Assembly: GCA_963707505.1 (NCBI GenBank)
Contig: CAVPQB010000004.1
Span: forward strand, 1,120,001 to 1,184,000
DNA length: 64,000 bases
Origin: an uncultured Gemmatimonadales bacterium
GTDB lineage: Bacteria > Gemmatimonadota > Gemmatimonadetes > Gemmatimonadales > Gemmatimonadaceae
Direction: 5' to 3'
Part shown: piece by piece, positions 63,206 to 64,000 of the stretch
Layout: the number at the start of each line of letters is the position of its first letter
Numbering within the stretch: the stretch's first letter is position 1
The notes under the pieces: generated by a model
What the model was told of the DNA's origin: nothing
Databases searched by the model: none
The model's input: the letters and a program-made list of their open reading frames with translations, nothing else
Program-made: the position numbers and the translations under genes

Positions 63206-63646
63206 ATGAAGACTTTCTCCTCCACCCCGACTGATATCGTCCACGATTGGTACATCGTGGATGCGGAAGGCATGGTGCTCGGACGACTGGCCACAGAAGT
63301 GGCTCGCGTCATCCGCGGCAAGCACAAGCCTACGTTTACCCCCCATATGGACGGGGGCGACCATGTAATCGTGATCAACGCCTCGAAGGTCAAGGTCACG
63401 GGTCGCAAGGCGGAGCAGAAGCGTTACTTCCGCCACACCGGCTACATGGGCCACGAGCGTTTCACGACGTTCGAGGACATGCTTGGCAAGCATCCGGAGC
63501 GCGTCATCGAGCACGCGGTCAATGGAATGCTTCCCAAGACGGCGCTCGCACGCACGCACATGCGCACCAAGCTGCGCGTTTACCCGGGTGCCAATCACCC
63601 GCACAAGGCTCAGCAGCCCAAGCCGCTCACCATCACCACCAAGTAA
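63206..63646 (+). CDS. rplM: 50S ribosomal protein L13
   Basis: WYIVDA..LGRLA..GKHKPTFTPH.DGGD..GMLPK. Confidence 0.98.
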   Translation: MKTFSSTPTDIVHDWYIVDAEGMVLGRLATEVARVIRGKHKPTFTPHMDGGDHVIVINASKVKVTGRKAEQKRYFRHTGYMGHERFTTFEDMLGKHPERVIEHAVNGMLPKTALARTHMRTKLRVYPGANHPHKAQQPKPLTITTK

Positions 63647-63648
63647 GC

Positions 63649-64000
63649 ATGCCTGTCGACGGAACAACGCACACGATCGGTCGCCGCAAGGAAGCGGTCT
63701 GCCGCGTCTACATCAAGGCCGGCTCGGGCAAGTGGCTCGTGAACGGCCGCACGCTCGGCGATTACTTCCCGCGTCCTGCACACGTCTCCACCATCCAGCA
63801 GCCGTTCACAGCGACCGACATGCTCGGCCGCTATGACGTGACCGCCAACATCGACGGTGGCGGACTGTCGGGTCAGGCAGGCGCACTGCGTCTCGCGATC
63901 GCTCGCGCGCTCGTGAAGGAAGACGAGACGCTCAAGCCAAAGCTGCGCAGTCTCGGCTTCCTGACTCGCGACGCACGCGTGGTCGAGCGCAAGAAGCCAG
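63649..64000 (+). CDS. rpsI: 30S ribosomal protein S9, runs off the window
   Basis: MPVDGTTHTIGRRKEAVCRV..GGGLSGQAGA..LTRDARVVERKKP. Confidence 0.96.
   Translation, partial: MPVDGTTHTIGRRKEAVCRVYIKAGSGKWLVNGRTLGDYFPRPAHVSTIQQPFTATDMLGRYDVTANIDGGGLSGQAGALRLAIARALVKEDETLKPKLRSLGFLTRDARVVERKKP

Overview
A GC-rich bacterial chromosomal segment of mostly core genes. Gene content and protein style suggest Gemmatimonadota or a related soil lineage (inference). It holds rarA, wecB, hflX, ppk2, pyrRBC and rpsT; a long S2P-scpAB-rluB-moxR/Bat-mutL-miaA-bshA-uppP-birA-coaX run; CIRCE-groES-groEL; a PadR/ADOP-type permease pair; a roadblock-REC-manC-glmU-like-MBL operon; serS-HK-uvrD-gatCAB; a DUF948/YtxH-like/Zn-PLC operon; murA-pgeF, rpsA and an acyl-CoA carboxylase cluster; fadL-SGNH lipase; and rplM-rpsI. 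I saw no rRNA, tRNA, CRISPR array or mobile element. About 15 frame breaks in 11 genes, mostly +1 insertions and including groEL and serS, are most likely sequencing errors. Best leads: (1) two secreted proteins ending in a TonB-plug-like domain with no barrel (CGxIxIWTR end); (2) a MiaA missing its central tRNA-binding insertion domain; (3) a roadblock + REC module leading a sugar-nucleotide operon; (4) a YtxG/YtxH-like pair coupled to a secreted Zn-PLC/P1-fold enzyme behind a sigma54-like motif; (5) a readable twin operator over the padR promoter. All product calls come from motif recognition by eye; no database search was run.
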